Shown here piece by piece: positions 1 to 10,128 of a stretch of DNA of 32,000 nt; position 1 is the first letter of the stretch; each line of letters begins with the position of its first letter. Both the position numbers and the translations under genes were made by a program. Source of the stretch: Methanoculleus sp. (GTDB taxonomy: Archaea > Halobacteriota > Methanomicrobia > Methanomicrobiales > Methanoculleaceae); NCBI GenBank assembly GCA_030156625.1, contig JASGMC010000010.1, positions 1-32,000 on the forward strand, in the 5' to 3' direction. Below the pieces are notes generated by a model. That model had not been told where the DNA came from and ran no database searches. It saw only the letters and a list, made by a program, of their open reading frames with translations.

Positions 1-135
1 GACGGGCCGTAGGGCCGGAGCTCGAGCATCGCAGGTGTGGATTGCGACGGGCCGTAGGGCCGGAGCTCGAGCATCGCAGGTGTGGATTGCGACGGGCCGG
101 AGCATGTGCACCCCAGGTGCAGAACCGCATTTCTT
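1..135. repeat. Tandem hairpin-type (REP-like) repeat: two identical 45-bp units (1-45, 46-90) plus a diverged third unit; cut by the window edge
   Basis: gacgggccgtagggccggagctcgagcatcgcaggtgtggattgc occurs twice back to back. The third unit contains the perfect hairpin tgcacc-cca-ggtgca. The core GGAGCNNGAGCAYCGCAGGTG recurs at 18715-18810. Confidence 0.85.
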
Positions 136-597
136 TCAGGCTTCCTGTCGACCGGCAGGCAGGTTTCTGCGACGCAGGGCCTCGTTCACACCGTCCGCTG
201 CGGTCCGGCAGCATGGCGATCCTCCCCTGCCTCCGGCCGGACGAACCGATACCGGATCCTCGCTTCTCCCGCACATCCGGGAAACCTTAAATCCATCTAC
301 CGCCATTATACTGCTCGTGGACGGTACTGTTTTCGGGGACGTGCCCGTGGACGACGAACCTGCCGTAGATGACGATACGGGGGCTGCCGTGTCGATATTT
401 TTTCCACTCCACAACGGCCGCGCTGCCGCGCCACGGATTACTGATTCCGTGAATCTGTTAAGTGATATTCCACGCAAAACCCACAAACGGCAGGGAGTGC
501 ATCGGGAGCCACAGAGTCGTCGAATAAGAGATAGGCCGATTGACCGGGCAGTACCCGATCGGAGGTTCACACCCTCCGGAAGTATGCGGATCAGATC

Positions 598-1566
598 ATG
601 AAAAAGATCGTTGTGCACGTCCGGGAAGACGGGCATGAAAAGATAGAAGAGGTCCTCGAAGGCCTCCATTATACGATATCGCTCGTTCAGGACATCTACG
701 AGATCACCATATATACGCCGGATGAGAACCTCGACGACCTGATCGAGAAGATCCAGGCAGTACTGGACCTGCGGTACAACGAGAACATGATCGAGGTATC
801 GACGCCGGAGTTCGTCATCTCGTCGCTCCTGAAACGTGCCGAGAAGAAGGTCGAAAAAAAGGAAGAGAAGACGCCTGTCGAGAAACTGCTCGACACGGTT
901 AAGGGTTACGGGGAACTCGATCTCGAAAAACTGTCGTTGACCTCCATCGCCGGGCTGGTAGCCCTCTCCGGCCTGCTCCTCGATAACCAGACGATCATCA
1001 TCGGGGCGATGCTCCTCTCCCCGATCATGGGCCCGATCTACGGGCTCGCCGTCTATGCCGCTCTTGGCAGGATCCAGAACGCCCTGCGGTGCCTCGGCGT
1101 GCTGGCGGCGCTGCTCCTGAGTGTCTTCGTCCTCTCCGCAGCCGCCACTTTTCTCATCAATATAGTCATGCCGCTCGCATTGACCGACGAGATCGCCATA
1201 CGCCTCGTGGTGAACCCCATCTACACGCTGATGGCGGTGCTCCTCGGGTTCGCAGCGGTGGTGGCGTTCAACCGGGGTACTTCGGAGGTGATTGCCGGCG
1301 TCGCCATCGCTGCGGCCATCATCCCGCCGACGGTAGTGACCGGCCTCGTCCTGGTGCTCCAGCCCATGAGCCTCTTCTCGTCCGCGCTGCTGGTGGCCGG
1401 GCAGATCGTCGGGCTGATAGCGGGCGCGCTCGTCGCCGTGACCCTGCTGAAGATCGAACCGCGGGATACCCGCGGTCAGACCATCGCAAAACGATACCTG
1501 AAATGGTCGGTCGTTCTGATCGTGCTGCTCTTCGCCCTGCTCCTCTGGCTCACAGCGCTCATGTAG
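598..1566 (+). CDS. DUF389 / TIGR00341-family integral membrane protein
   Basis: 322-aa ORF with a soluble N-terminal domain followed by multiple TM helices. The stretch LLDNQTIIIGAMLLSPIMGPIYG is characteristic of DUF389. Confidence 0.75.
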   Translation: MKKIVVHVREDGHEKIEEVLEGLHYTISLVQDIYEITIYTPDENLDDLIEKIQAVLDLRYNENMIEVSTPEFVISSLLKRAEKKVEKKEEKTPVEKLLDTVKGYGELDLEKLSLTSIAGLVALSGLLLDNQTIIIGAMLLSPIMGPIYGLAVYAALGRIQNALRCLGVLAALLLSVFVLSAAATFLINIVMPLALTDEIAIRLVVNPIYTLMAVLLGFAAVVAFNRGTSEVIAGVAIAAAIIPPTVVTGLVLVLQPMSLFSSALLVAGQIVGLIAGALVAVTLLKIEPRDTRGQTIAKRYLKWSVVLIVLLFALLLWLTALM

Positions 1567-1588
1567 ATGTAGCGGCGATGCCGCGGCG

Positions 1589-2239
1589 TCACTTTACTTC
1601 CACCCGCTCGCCGGTGACCATGTAGCAGACCTGCTCGGCGATATCGCAGGCGTGATCGGCACAGCGCTCCAGGTAGCGTGCGATCATCACGTAGTCGATA
1701 CACCGGGGGATGTTGCGCGGGTCCTCCATCATGTGCGTGAGGCTCTCCCGGAAGATGGTGTACCTGAGGTTGTCCACGACGTCGTCCCTGTGCGACATAC
1801 CCGCGATAGGTTCGATCCCCTCGATCCAGTAGGCTTTGAGGGCATCGGCGATCATGGCGCTGACAAGATCCTCCATGTGCGGCAGGCTCATCAGGTTCCC
1901 GAGATGCGGTTCCCCGGAAAGCTCTTCCGCAAGCTGCGCGATATCTTTCCCGTACCGGCCGATGCGGTAGAGCGCGAAGTTCATCCGGAGCGCACAGACG
2001 ATGGATCGGAGATCGCGTGCCATGGGCTGGTAGAGCGCGATGAGGCGGAGCGCCGCCTCTTCGATAGCATGGCTTTTATCAGCGAGCTCCACCCTCCGGG
2101 CATACACGCGCGCGGCAAGCCCGGGATCCCGGTTCTGCAGGGCGATCATCGAGTCGGAGAGCATGCCGGAGGCGAACGCCCCCTGCTCCCGGACCAGGTC
2201 CTTGAGGGCTTTGAGTTCCTCGTGAAATTTGTCCGTCAT
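1589..2239 (-). CDS. phoU: Phosphate transport system regulator PhoU
   Basis: 216 aa, two PhoU repeats. It lies immediately downstream of pstB on the same strand. C-terminal ERCADHACDIAE-type helix. Confidence 0.9.
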   Translation of the reverse strand: MTDKFHEELKALKDLVREQGAFASGMLSDSMIALQNRDPGLAARVYARRVELADKSHAIEEAALRLIALYQPMARDLRSIVCALRMNFALYRIGRYGKDIAQLAEELSGEPHLGNLMSLPHMEDLVSAMIADALKAYWIEGIEPIAGMSHRDDVVDNLRYTIFRESLTHMMEDPRNIPRCIDYVMIARYLERCADHACDIAEQVCYMVTGERVEVK

Positions 2240-2246
2240 GGATATC

Positions 2247-3011
<765 letters not shown>

Positions 3012-3017
3012 TGTGGG

Positions 3018-5117
3018 TCACCACTGAATTGATCTCTGGTAACGTGTCCGGATGACAATCGCGACCAGATAGATGGCCGCCACCAGCACGAGAAGCACCA
3101 GTGCCGTTCCGTACTGGTTCTCTCGTGCCCCGGGGACGTTGGTCGCCAGGATGAAGAGGTGGTAGGGAAGCGCCATCACCGGTTCCGTCACCGATGTGGG
3201 GAGGAACCGCCGGGAGAATACGACTGCGGTGAAGAGTATCGGCGCAGTCTCCCCGGCGGCCCGCCCGATGCCGAGGATCGTTCCGGTCAGGATTCCCGGC
3301 ACCGCCGGCGGGAGCACGACCTGCCGTATGGTCTGCCAGGGCGTCGCACCGAGAGCGAGGCTTCCCTCCCTGACGCTGTCCGGCACGCTCTTCAACGCCT
3401 CTTCGGTCGTCCGGATGATGGTGGGGAGGATCATCAGCCCCAGCGTGATCTGACCGGCAAGGAGAGACACCCCGAGATTAAGGTAGAGCACCAGGAACGC
3501 AAACCCGAAGAGGCCGAAGACGATGGACGGCGTGCCGCCCAGGAGGTCGACGCCGGCCCTGATGATCTCGGTGATGCGCCCTTCCCGGGTGTACTCGTGC
3601 AGGTAGATGGCGGCGCCGACGCCGATTGGGAGGGCGAAGAGGATGGCACCCCCGACCAGGTAGAGGGTCCCGAGGATGGCCGGGCCGATGCCTCCCGCCC
3701 GGCCGAGGTTGCTCGGCGAAGCGGTCAGGAACTCCCAGGAGAGCGCCGGTGCACCGTTGTAGACGATATCGAAGAGGATGACCCCGAGGACGAAGAGCAC
3801 GATGCCGGCGGCCGCATACAGGAACCCGAACGCGATCTTCTGTCCGGTCTTTGCAGAGACCCTGCGCCGGACGTATACCGCCCCGAACAGGGCAACGGCG
3901 ACGGCGGCGGCAACCAGAATATCCGTAGCCGCCGTAAGGGTCCCGAGCGCGCCGATGCCGAGAACAGCGTAGGCGTAAGGCTTTATCGTGCCGCACCCCC
4001 TCTTCCGGGCCACACGGGCCGCTGTCGCCGTGTGCTGCTCGCTGACCCGCGCGAGGATGCCCCGCGCAAAAAGGTTGACCGCGAGGGTGATCACGAGAAG
4101 TACGACCGCGACCCCGAAGAGCGCGTGGTAGTGAGCGCTGCCGACGGCGACCTCGCCCATCTCGATACCCAGCGTCCCGGTGAGCGTCCTGACCGGAGAT
4201 AGGACGTTCCAGAGCGGTTCGGGCACGACTCCCGCGTTGCCGGCGACCATGATCACCGCCATCGTCTCGCCGATCGCCCGTCCCATCCCGAGGATGATCG
4301 CGGCGGTGATGCCGGAGAGGGCTCCCGGGACCACGACCCCGGCGATCGTCTGCCAGTGCGTCGCCCCGAGCGCCAGGGACCCCTCCCGGTATCCGCGGGG
4401 CACGGCGCCGATCGCATCCTCCGAGACGCTGACGATCGTCGGGAGGGCCATGATACCGAGCAGGATGGAGGCGGCAAGCCAGGTCTCCCCGGACGCGACA
4501 TTAAAAGAGACGCGGATCCAGTCGGTCAGGATGACGAGACCGAAGAACCCGTAGACCACGGAGGGTATCCCCGCCAGGAGCTCGACGGCGGGTTTCATGA
4601 CCGCGCGAGCCCCGGGCGGCGCAAGTTCGGCGATGAAGACGGCGACCGCGATCCCGAGCGGGACGGCAAGAGCCATCGCACCGAGCGTAACGAGGAGCGT
4701 GCCGACGATCAGCGGGAAGATGCCGTATGCGGGAGCCGCTCCCGTCGGGTTCCAGACGTCGCCGGCAAGGAAGTTTGAGACGCCGACCTGCTCGAAGATC
4801 GGGTAACCGTTCTGGATCAGGAAGAAGAGGATGAAGAAGAGGGCAACGACGGCGAAGATGGCCGTGCAGAACCAGAATGCCCGGATAGCCTCCTCACGGA
4901 TCTGCCGGGTCCTCTTCCAGAGGCGAAAAAAGCCGTCCATGACCGGCTCCCCGGGCACCTGCGCGGTCCCCGACGGGGTATGAACGACAGGGCGATCGGA
5001 TCCCATCTCTCCGGTGAGCGGCGTGCTCCCGCCCTGCAGAGGGTTCGTGGTGCCTGCCCGGGCTTCAGCTTCTTCCTGGTGCGACCGTTCCCCGGGTGCT
5101 GCGCCGATCCGGGCCAT
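3018..5117 (-). CDS. pstCA: Fused phosphate ABC transporter permease (PstC-like N half, PstA-like C half)
   Basis: Single 699-aa ORF with two MetI-type permease halves, each carrying an EAA-like loop (GSLALGATHWQT and GSLALGATPWQT). The first ~59 aa are non-membrane, so the start is ambiguous among ATGs at 5117, 5006 and 4940. Confidence 0.85.
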   Translation of the reverse strand: MARIGAAPGERSHQEEAEARAGTTNPLQGGSTPLTGEMGSDRPVVHTPSGTAQVPGEPVMDGFFRLWKRTRQIREEAIRAFWFCTAIFAVVALFFILFFLIQNGYPIFEQVGVSNFLAGDVWNPTGAAPAYGIFPLIVGTLLVTLGAMALAVPLGIAVAVFIAELAPPGARAVMKPAVELLAGIPSVVYGFFGLVILTDWIRVSFNVASGETWLAASILLGIMALPTIVSVSEDAIGAVPRGYREGSLALGATHWQTIAGVVVPGALSGITAAIILGMGRAIGETMAVIMVAGNAGVVPEPLWNVLSPVRTLTGTLGIEMGEVAVGSAHYHALFGVAVVLLVITLAVNLFARGILARVSEQHTATAARVARKRGCGTIKPYAYAVLGIGALGTLTAATDILVAAAVAVALFGAVYVRRRVSAKTGQKIAFGFLYAAAGIVLFVLGVILFDIVYNGAPALSWEFLTASPSNLGRAGGIGPAILGTLYLVGGAILFALPIGVGAAIYLHEYTREGRITEIIRAGVDLLGGTPSIVFGLFGFAFLVLYLNLGVSLLAGQITLGLMILPTIIRTTEEALKSVPDSVREGSLALGATPWQTIRQVVLPPAVPGILTGTILGIGRAAGETAPILFTAVVFSRRFLPTSVTEPVMALPYHLFILATNVPGARENQYGTALVLLVLVAAIYLVAIVIRTRYQRSIQW

Positions 5118-5255
5118 ATGCTTATTGCGTGAGTATATCGGGCGGATAGGCGTTCCCGAAGGAGACTATATGAGTATATTTATTCACCATAAACTCCGGT
5201 GGTGTATATACAACACAGAATGCATATATCCTACCGGCACCAACGCGTACTATCC
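5118..5255. promoter_or_regulatory. Divergent AT-rich promoter/operator region between pstCA and the AbrB-PhoU regulator gene
   Basis: Four TATAT-containing boxes. TGAGTATAT is repeated at 5130-5138 and 5171-5179. gtgtatatac lies near 5202-5211. The box catatatc (5223-5230) lies ~26-33 nt upstream of the ATG at 5256. Confidence 0.5.
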
Positions 5256-6263
5256 ATGGAGATCAGAAAAGTTCAGATCACCGGAGGCTCGTCGTACATC
5301 GTATCCCTGCCAAAACAGTGGATAAAGTCCGCGAATATCCAGAAAAACGACCCTGTAGGGCTGGTTGTGCAGCCCGACGGTTCGCTCCTGGTCACCCCGA
5401 AGATCAGCGGGGAGTCGGTCCAGAGGGTTAGAGTCTTCGAGGTCGGTGCCGCGACGGATCGCACCTACCTGCTCCGCCTCCTCGTCGGAGCGTACATCGC
5501 CGGGTTCACGGCTATCCGCCTTGAGTCGAAAGAAAGGCTGCCGCCGTTCGTACTGCAACTGGTCCGGGAGTTCACGCAGATGGCTATCGGGCAGGAAGTG
5601 GTCGGCGAGACGGACTCCTCGATAACGATCAAGGATCTCCTCAACCCCGTGGAGATGCCGTTCGATAACACCATCAAAAGGATGCATCTCTTAGCACGGA
5701 GCATGCAGCAGGACGCGATGGCCGCGATAAGGGGGCATGATGCAACTCTTGCCGGAGACGTCGTCATGCGGGACACGGAAGTGGACCGGCTGCACTGGCT
5801 GGTTGCGCGGCAGGATAACCTCATCATGAGCGACGCCACGCTCTCGCGCCGGATGGGCATCCCGGTAAACCAGGCGGCGTACTACTTCCAGGTCAGCCGG
5901 ATCATCGAACGGATAGCCGACCACGCCACCCGGGTGGCGCATAACGCCCTCGCCCTGATCGACCGCGAGGTCGAGGCGGCGACGCTCGACCTCATGGACG
6001 AGGCGAGCGCACTTGCCCTGCAGATCTTCTCCTGGAGCATGGAAGCGTTCCATACGGGAGACACCAGGAAGGCGAACGCAACGCTGCAGAGGGTGCGCGA
6101 CCTTGAGGAGAATACCCGGGAGATCGATACCCGGGTGCTCCGGTTCGAGGCGGTGGTGGCGATCCCGATGAGACAGATCGCAGACAGCATCCGGCGGATC
6201 GGAGAATATTCCGGCGACATCTCCGAGAGCATCATCAACTATACCGTCGGGCTGGAAGCCTGA
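5256..6263 (+). CDS. Phosphate-uptake regulator-like protein: N-terminal AbrB/SpoVT DNA-binding domain fused to PhoU repeats
   Basis: MEIRKVQITGGSSYIVSLPKQWIK is an AbrB/SpoVT swapped-hairpin motif. The rest has PhoU-type helical repeats (RIIERIADHATRVA, RRIGEYSGDISE). The start was moved to the ATG at 5256 inside the track ORF 5199..6263. Confidence 0.8.
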   Translation: MEIRKVQITGGSSYIVSLPKQWIKSANIQKNDPVGLVVQPDGSLLVTPKISGESVQRVRVFEVGAATDRTYLLRLLVGAYIAGFTAIRLESKERLPPFVLQLVREFTQMAIGQEVVGETDSSITIKDLLNPVEMPFDNTIKRMHLLARSMQQDAMAAIRGHDATLAGDVVMRDTEVDRLHWLVARQDNLIMSDATLSRRMGIPVNQAAYYFQVSRIIERIADHATRVAHNALALIDREVEAATLDLMDEASALALQIFSWSMEAFHTGDTRKANATLQRVRDLEENTREIDTRVLRFEAVVAIPMRQIADSIRRIGEYSGDISESIINYTVGLEA

Positions 6264-6347
6264 GGCGGCTTTCCGGCCGCGCGATCCCTTTTTTCGAAGA
6301 GAGAGCAAACCGATCGATTACGCGCAATCTTCCCTGCCGGCGGTACC

Positions 6348-7598
6348 ATGGGCACATTCATCCCACTCGTCGTCCTCGCCATCGTCTTCCTCCTGATCGC
6401 GGTCCGAAAGATCGGGAACGTCAACTTCCGCATCTGGCAGGTGATGCTCCTCGGCGCGCTCGCGGTCCTCGCGACAGGATCGATCACGCCGCTCGATGCG
6501 CTCGCGTCCATCAACCTCGACGTGATGCTCTTCCTCTTCTTCATGTTCGTGATCGGGGAGGCGCTCGCGGCGAGCGGCTATCTCTACCACCTCTCATTTC
6601 GCCTCTTTTCCCGGGCGGAGTCGGTCCGGCACCTGATCTTTCTCATCCTCGTCGGCGCAGGCTTGCTCTCGGCGCTCCTGATGAACGACACGCTCGCCGT
6701 CGTCGGCACCCCGCTGATGCTCTACTTCGCCCGGCGGCACGGCATCTCCCCGAAACTCCTGCTCCTAGCGCTTGCGTTCGCCGTCACGACGGGAAGCGTC
6801 GCAAGCCCCATCGGGAACCCGCAGAACCTTCTCATCGCGCTCTCGGGGAGTATCGAGAACCCGTTCATCACGTTCCCGCTCTACCTCGCCGTCCCGACGG
6901 CGATCTCGCTCCTGCTCGCCTACGTCTTCCTCTGCCGGGCGTTTCCGGGCGAACTCCACCCCACACCGCTGGTCCACCGCGAGGAGGAGATCTGCGACCC
7001 CGGCCTCGCGGCGCTCGCGCGCCTCTCGCTCATCCTGCTCGTCCTCCTGATCGGGGCCAGGGTCGCCGCGGTCATGCTCGCCCCGGAGATCGACATCCGG
7101 CTGACCTGGATCGCGGTCGTTGCGGCCATACCCATCCTCGTCGGGAGCGGGCGGCGGTTCGAGATCCTCCGCCGGATCGACTGGCCGACACTGGTCTTCT
7201 TCGCCAGCCTCTTCGTCCTCATGGCGAGCGTCTGGCAGTCAGGGTTCTTCCAGCCGCTCATCGAAGGGAGTTCCCTCGATCTCGCCACCGTTCCGGTCAT
7301 CGTCGCAACAGGCGTCGTCGTCTCCCAGTTCGTCTCGAACGTCCCCTTCGTCGCCCTCTCCCTCCCCGCCCTCTCGCACCTCGGGACATCCGCCGTCGAC
7401 ATGATGGCGCTTGCGGCCGGCAGCACCATCGCCGGGAACATGCTGATCCTCGGGGCGGCAAGCAACGTCATCGTCATCCAGGGTGCGGAGAGGGACGGCG
7501 AGACGCTGACGTTTGGCGAGTTCGCGCGGGTCGGCGTCCCGCTCACCCTCGCCCAGACGGCGGTGTACGTGGTCTTCCTCTCGCTCATCCCGGCGTGA
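6348..7598 (+). CDS. ArsB/NhaD-superfamily anion permease (YbiR/CitMHS-like)
   Basis: 416 aa, polytopic. Motifs SALLMNDT and SPIGNPQNLLI are typical of this permease superfamily. Confidence 0.7.
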   Translation: MGTFIPLVVLAIVFLLIAVRKIGNVNFRIWQVMLLGALAVLATGSITPLDALASINLDVMLFLFFMFVIGEALAASGYLYHLSFRLFSRAESVRHLIFLILVGAGLLSALLMNDTLAVVGTPLMLYFARRHGISPKLLLLALAFAVTTGSVASPIGNPQNLLIALSGSIENPFITFPLYLAVPTAISLLLAYVFLCRAFPGELHPTPLVHREEEICDPGLAALARLSLILLVLLIGARVAAVMLAPEIDIRLTWIAVVAAIPILVGSGRRFEILRRIDWPTLVFFASLFVLMASVWQSGFFQPLIEGSSLDLATVPVIVATGVVVSQFVSNVPFVALSLPALSHLGTSAVDMMALAAGSTIAGNMLILGAASNVIVIQGAERDGETLTFGEFARVGVPLTLAQTAVYVVFLSLIPA

Positions 7599-7604
7599 GG
7601 CGGG

Positions 7605-8492
7605 TCAGGGCCGGCAGGACTCCATCGACCCCGGAGCCGCCCCGAGATCCAGGTAGATCGAGCCGAATTTGACCGATGCGACGGCGGCCGGGTCGAAGGG
7701 CGGGGCAAAGACCTCGAGCCGGCGCCCTCCGGGGTGCAGGTCTTCGACGATGCCGAGGGCGAGGACGAAGTTCTCGGCGTCGTTCAAGGAGACCAGCCTT
7801 CCGGCGACCCCGCGTTGGTTCCTCATGTCGGGCACCCGGCCCTGGAGCCCGAGCCCCCGGAGCAGGACTTCCTGCGATCGCGCGTCGGCAAAATAGAATG
7901 CGAAACGCTCTTCGCGGTAGCACCGCCGCCCGGTTGCGGTCCGGGCGACGGCCGCAGGGGATACGGGGACCCGGTGGATCGCAATCTCCGGGTGCCGGGC
8001 GAAGTTCGCGAGCAGCCGCTCCAGCTCACGCCCGCGCTGGAGGGCGACGATGCGGGTGGGGCGGAGGAGGTCGATCATCTGGAACTGAAACTCGGTGCCC
8101 ACCCCGCCGGCGACGAGCCCGGGCGAGTCGATGACGGTGGCGCGGGCCGAACATTCGGCGGCTTTCTCGACGAGGCGCTTTGCTCCCGTGAGCGTCTGGA
8201 TAAAGTGGCCCCCGGGGGAGGTCGAGCCGACGAACCGAAGATACGGCTCCGGCGTGCCGGGGTACAGGGCCATCCCCTCGGTCGTCGGCGGGCCGAGCCG
8301 GGACTGCCCGGTGTCGCAGTCGACGTATGCCGTCCTCGTGCGTGCGGCCGCCTCGTCGACGAGGTAGCGGCAGAGCGTCGTCTTTCCGCTGTCCGTCCCC
8401 CCGACGACGTAGACGCTTTCCGGGGCATCCGACCCCGGGAACGCCGCGACGAGATCGTCCCATCCTTCCCCGATGCTGATCAAGCCAGGCAA
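7605..8492 (-). CDS. Clp1/Grc3-family P-loop protein (COG1341-type polynucleotide 5'-hydroxyl kinase-like)
   Basis: VYVVGGTDSGKTTL P-loop followed by VDCDTGQSRLGPPT, the family-typical D-x-D-x-GQ...PP pattern. Confidence 0.65.
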   Translation of the reverse strand: MPGLISIGEGWDDLVAAFPGSDAPESVYVVGGTDSGKTTLCRYLVDEAAARTRTAYVDCDTGQSRLGPPTTEGMALYPGTPEPYLRFVGSTSPGGHFIQTLTGAKRLVEKAAECSARATVIDSPGLVAGGVGTEFQFQMIDLLRPTRIVALQRGRELERLLANFARHPEIAIHRVPVSPAAVARTATGRRCYREERFAFYFADARSQEVLLRGLGLQGRVPDMRNQRGVAGRLVSLNDAENFVLALGIVEDLHPGGRRLEVFAPPFDPAAVASVKFGSIYLDLGAAPGSMESCRP

Positions 8493-8608
8493 GCCTCCTC
8501 TCAGGGATGTTGCAGCCCATGGTTATAGTGCTTGACGCAACGCTCCTCCCGGGGGGGCTGCACTACCCGGGAGAGCCTTTATCAGGAGTGTATCCCTACT
8601 CGCAGCGC

Positions 8609-9130
8609 ATGAACAGAACGGCAGCAACCACCGGGCCGGTGCCTGCAGCCATAGGCAGGGTGTTTCCCACCCTCATGGCCACGTCGATCACCGGCAGGGT
8701 CGTCACCCTCCCGGGCGACGCGGAGGGCGACGTCTCGCTCATCGTCCTCGTCTTCCTGGAATCCGCCAGTCCGATGACGGATTCCTGGAGCGGCCCCTTT
8801 GCCGGGGCGTTCACTGAAAATCCCCGGGTGACGACCTACCTCGTTACGGTCGTCGGCGACAGCCTCATCGGCAGATCCCTTGCCGACCGCATCCGGCAGG
8901 GCCTCGCGGGCGGCGTCCCTCCCGCGAAGCACGATCTGGTTCTGACGGTGCCGGCAGATATCGAGGGGTGCCGGCGGGCCTACGGAATAGACGATCCGTC
9001 GCTCGCCTACATCTACCTCCTGGACGGGCGCGGCATCATCCGCTGGATGGAGAAGGGGACCACCACACCGGAGGGGCTCGGCAGCCTGATCGATACGGCC
9101 CACACGATGCTCGGACCGCTCATGGAGTGA
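8609..9130 (+). CDS. Hypothetical protein
   Basis: ORF with high-GC third-position codon bias. The start was placed at the internal ATG 8609 (MNRTAATTGP). No motif was recognised with confidence. Confidence 0.45.
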   Translation: MNRTAATTGPVPAAIGRVFPTLMATSITGRVVTLPGDAEGDVSLIVLVFLESASPMTDSWSGPFAGAFTENPRVTTYLVTVVGDSLIGRSLADRIRQGLAGGVPPAKHDLVLTVPADIEGCRRAYGIDDPSLAYIYLLDGRGIIRWMEKGTTTPEGLGSLIDTAHTMLGPLME

Positions 9131-9131
9131 C

Positions 9132-10076
9132 TCACGGCAGCGCACGGCGGCGGACCGGCAAAACGGCGGCGATAAAGGCGAGCAGGGGACCGATCACGAG
9201 CGCCGCCATGGCGATGCGCTCCCCGGCTCCGACATGCTTACGGAAGGCCACCAGGAGCGCCCAGACCCCGAGAAGAACGGGGATGAGCGCGAAGACAAGG
9301 GTCAGGAGGAGAGCGGCTCCAACGTCCGTTCCCGCGGCCGCGATGACCATCTGCATCAGGGTCATGGCACCGCTCCCGATGTAGAGGAGGCCGGCAACTG
9401 CTCCGGAGAGGGCGAAGGGGGAGAGGGGGCGGCGGCGCCGGAGCAGCAGGCCGGCGCCTATCGCGAGGACGGCGATCATCGGTGCGAAGATCAGGAGGGG
9501 GGGCTGTCCTTCGTGGCGGTGGATGGCGACGACGTCGATCGGGACCCGGATCCACTCTCCCATGGTGTAGGACTCGACGTAGCCGAGCGCGAGAGCGTAG
9601 TTTCCGCCCTCTCCCGGGGTGTAGACCGCAAGGGTATAGTCGCCGGTTTCGGGTGCCGGCGTATCGATCCGGGCGAGGGGATAGAGTTTCAACGGCGTGA
9701 ACGGTTCGTACTCCGGCTGTTCGGAGAGGGTCCCGGCACCGCTGTCGCGCCGATGCCCTCCGGGACAGCGACATAGGACGGGACGGTTCCCGAGTCCTCG
9801 ATGCCCGGCCCCGCGAGCACCATCCCGGGCACGAACCCCCCCGCACGCGGGACCTGGGCGATCTCAGGTCCTTGACGACGCCCGGGCGACCACGAACCCC
9901 CCCGCACGCGGGACCTGGAGCGTCGCGTATATCCGCTCTCCTTCCTCCATCCGGAACCGGTAGTACCGGGCGGCGGGGCCGTCCCGGACAAAGAGGGGGA
10001 CGTGAGCGAGGGCGGGCGTCACGGCGAGAAGCACGGCAAGAAGGACGGCGGCCGCCGTGCGGCGTCGGGGAGCCAT
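9132..10076 (-). pseudogene. Disrupted gene for a secreted, C-terminally membrane-anchored protein (signal peptide, extracellular domain, 3-4 TM helices)
   Basis: The product is spread over three frame segments: 10076-9864 (signal peptide, HVPLF...LQVPRAGGFV), 9991-9689 (QVPRAGGFVPGMVLAGPG...) and 9740-9132 (...TLSEQPEYEPFTPLKLYPLARID... plus TM helices). The first shift coincides with a 61-bp tandem duplication. The second lies near 9735-9745. Confidence 0.7.
9829..9917. repeat. Direct duplication with 61-bp offset inside the disrupted gene
   Basis: acgaacccccccgcacgcgggacctgg occurs at 9831-9857 and 9892-9918 (approximate ends). Each copy holds a C7 run. Both copies encode QVPRAGGFV on the minus strand. 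Confidence 0.85.
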
Positions 10077-10128
10077 AGCCGTCCCATGTCTTTGCGGTTC
10101 ATCATGGTTCCGCGCCCGGCAAAATGGA

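Noticed and set aside
1-135. CRISPR array interpretation of the repeats at 1-135 and 18700-18815
   Set aside because: The units are contiguous or separated by only ~10-20 nt, with no spacer-sized unique segments. No cas genes are in the window.
35-601. 188-aa plus-strand ORF (and overlapping ORFs at 42-290, 82-372 and 136-669 minus) upstream of the DUF389 gene
   Set aside because: It runs through the tandem repeat. It is Arg/Pro/Ala-rich low complexity typical of random ORFs in high-GC DNA, and no motif was recognised.
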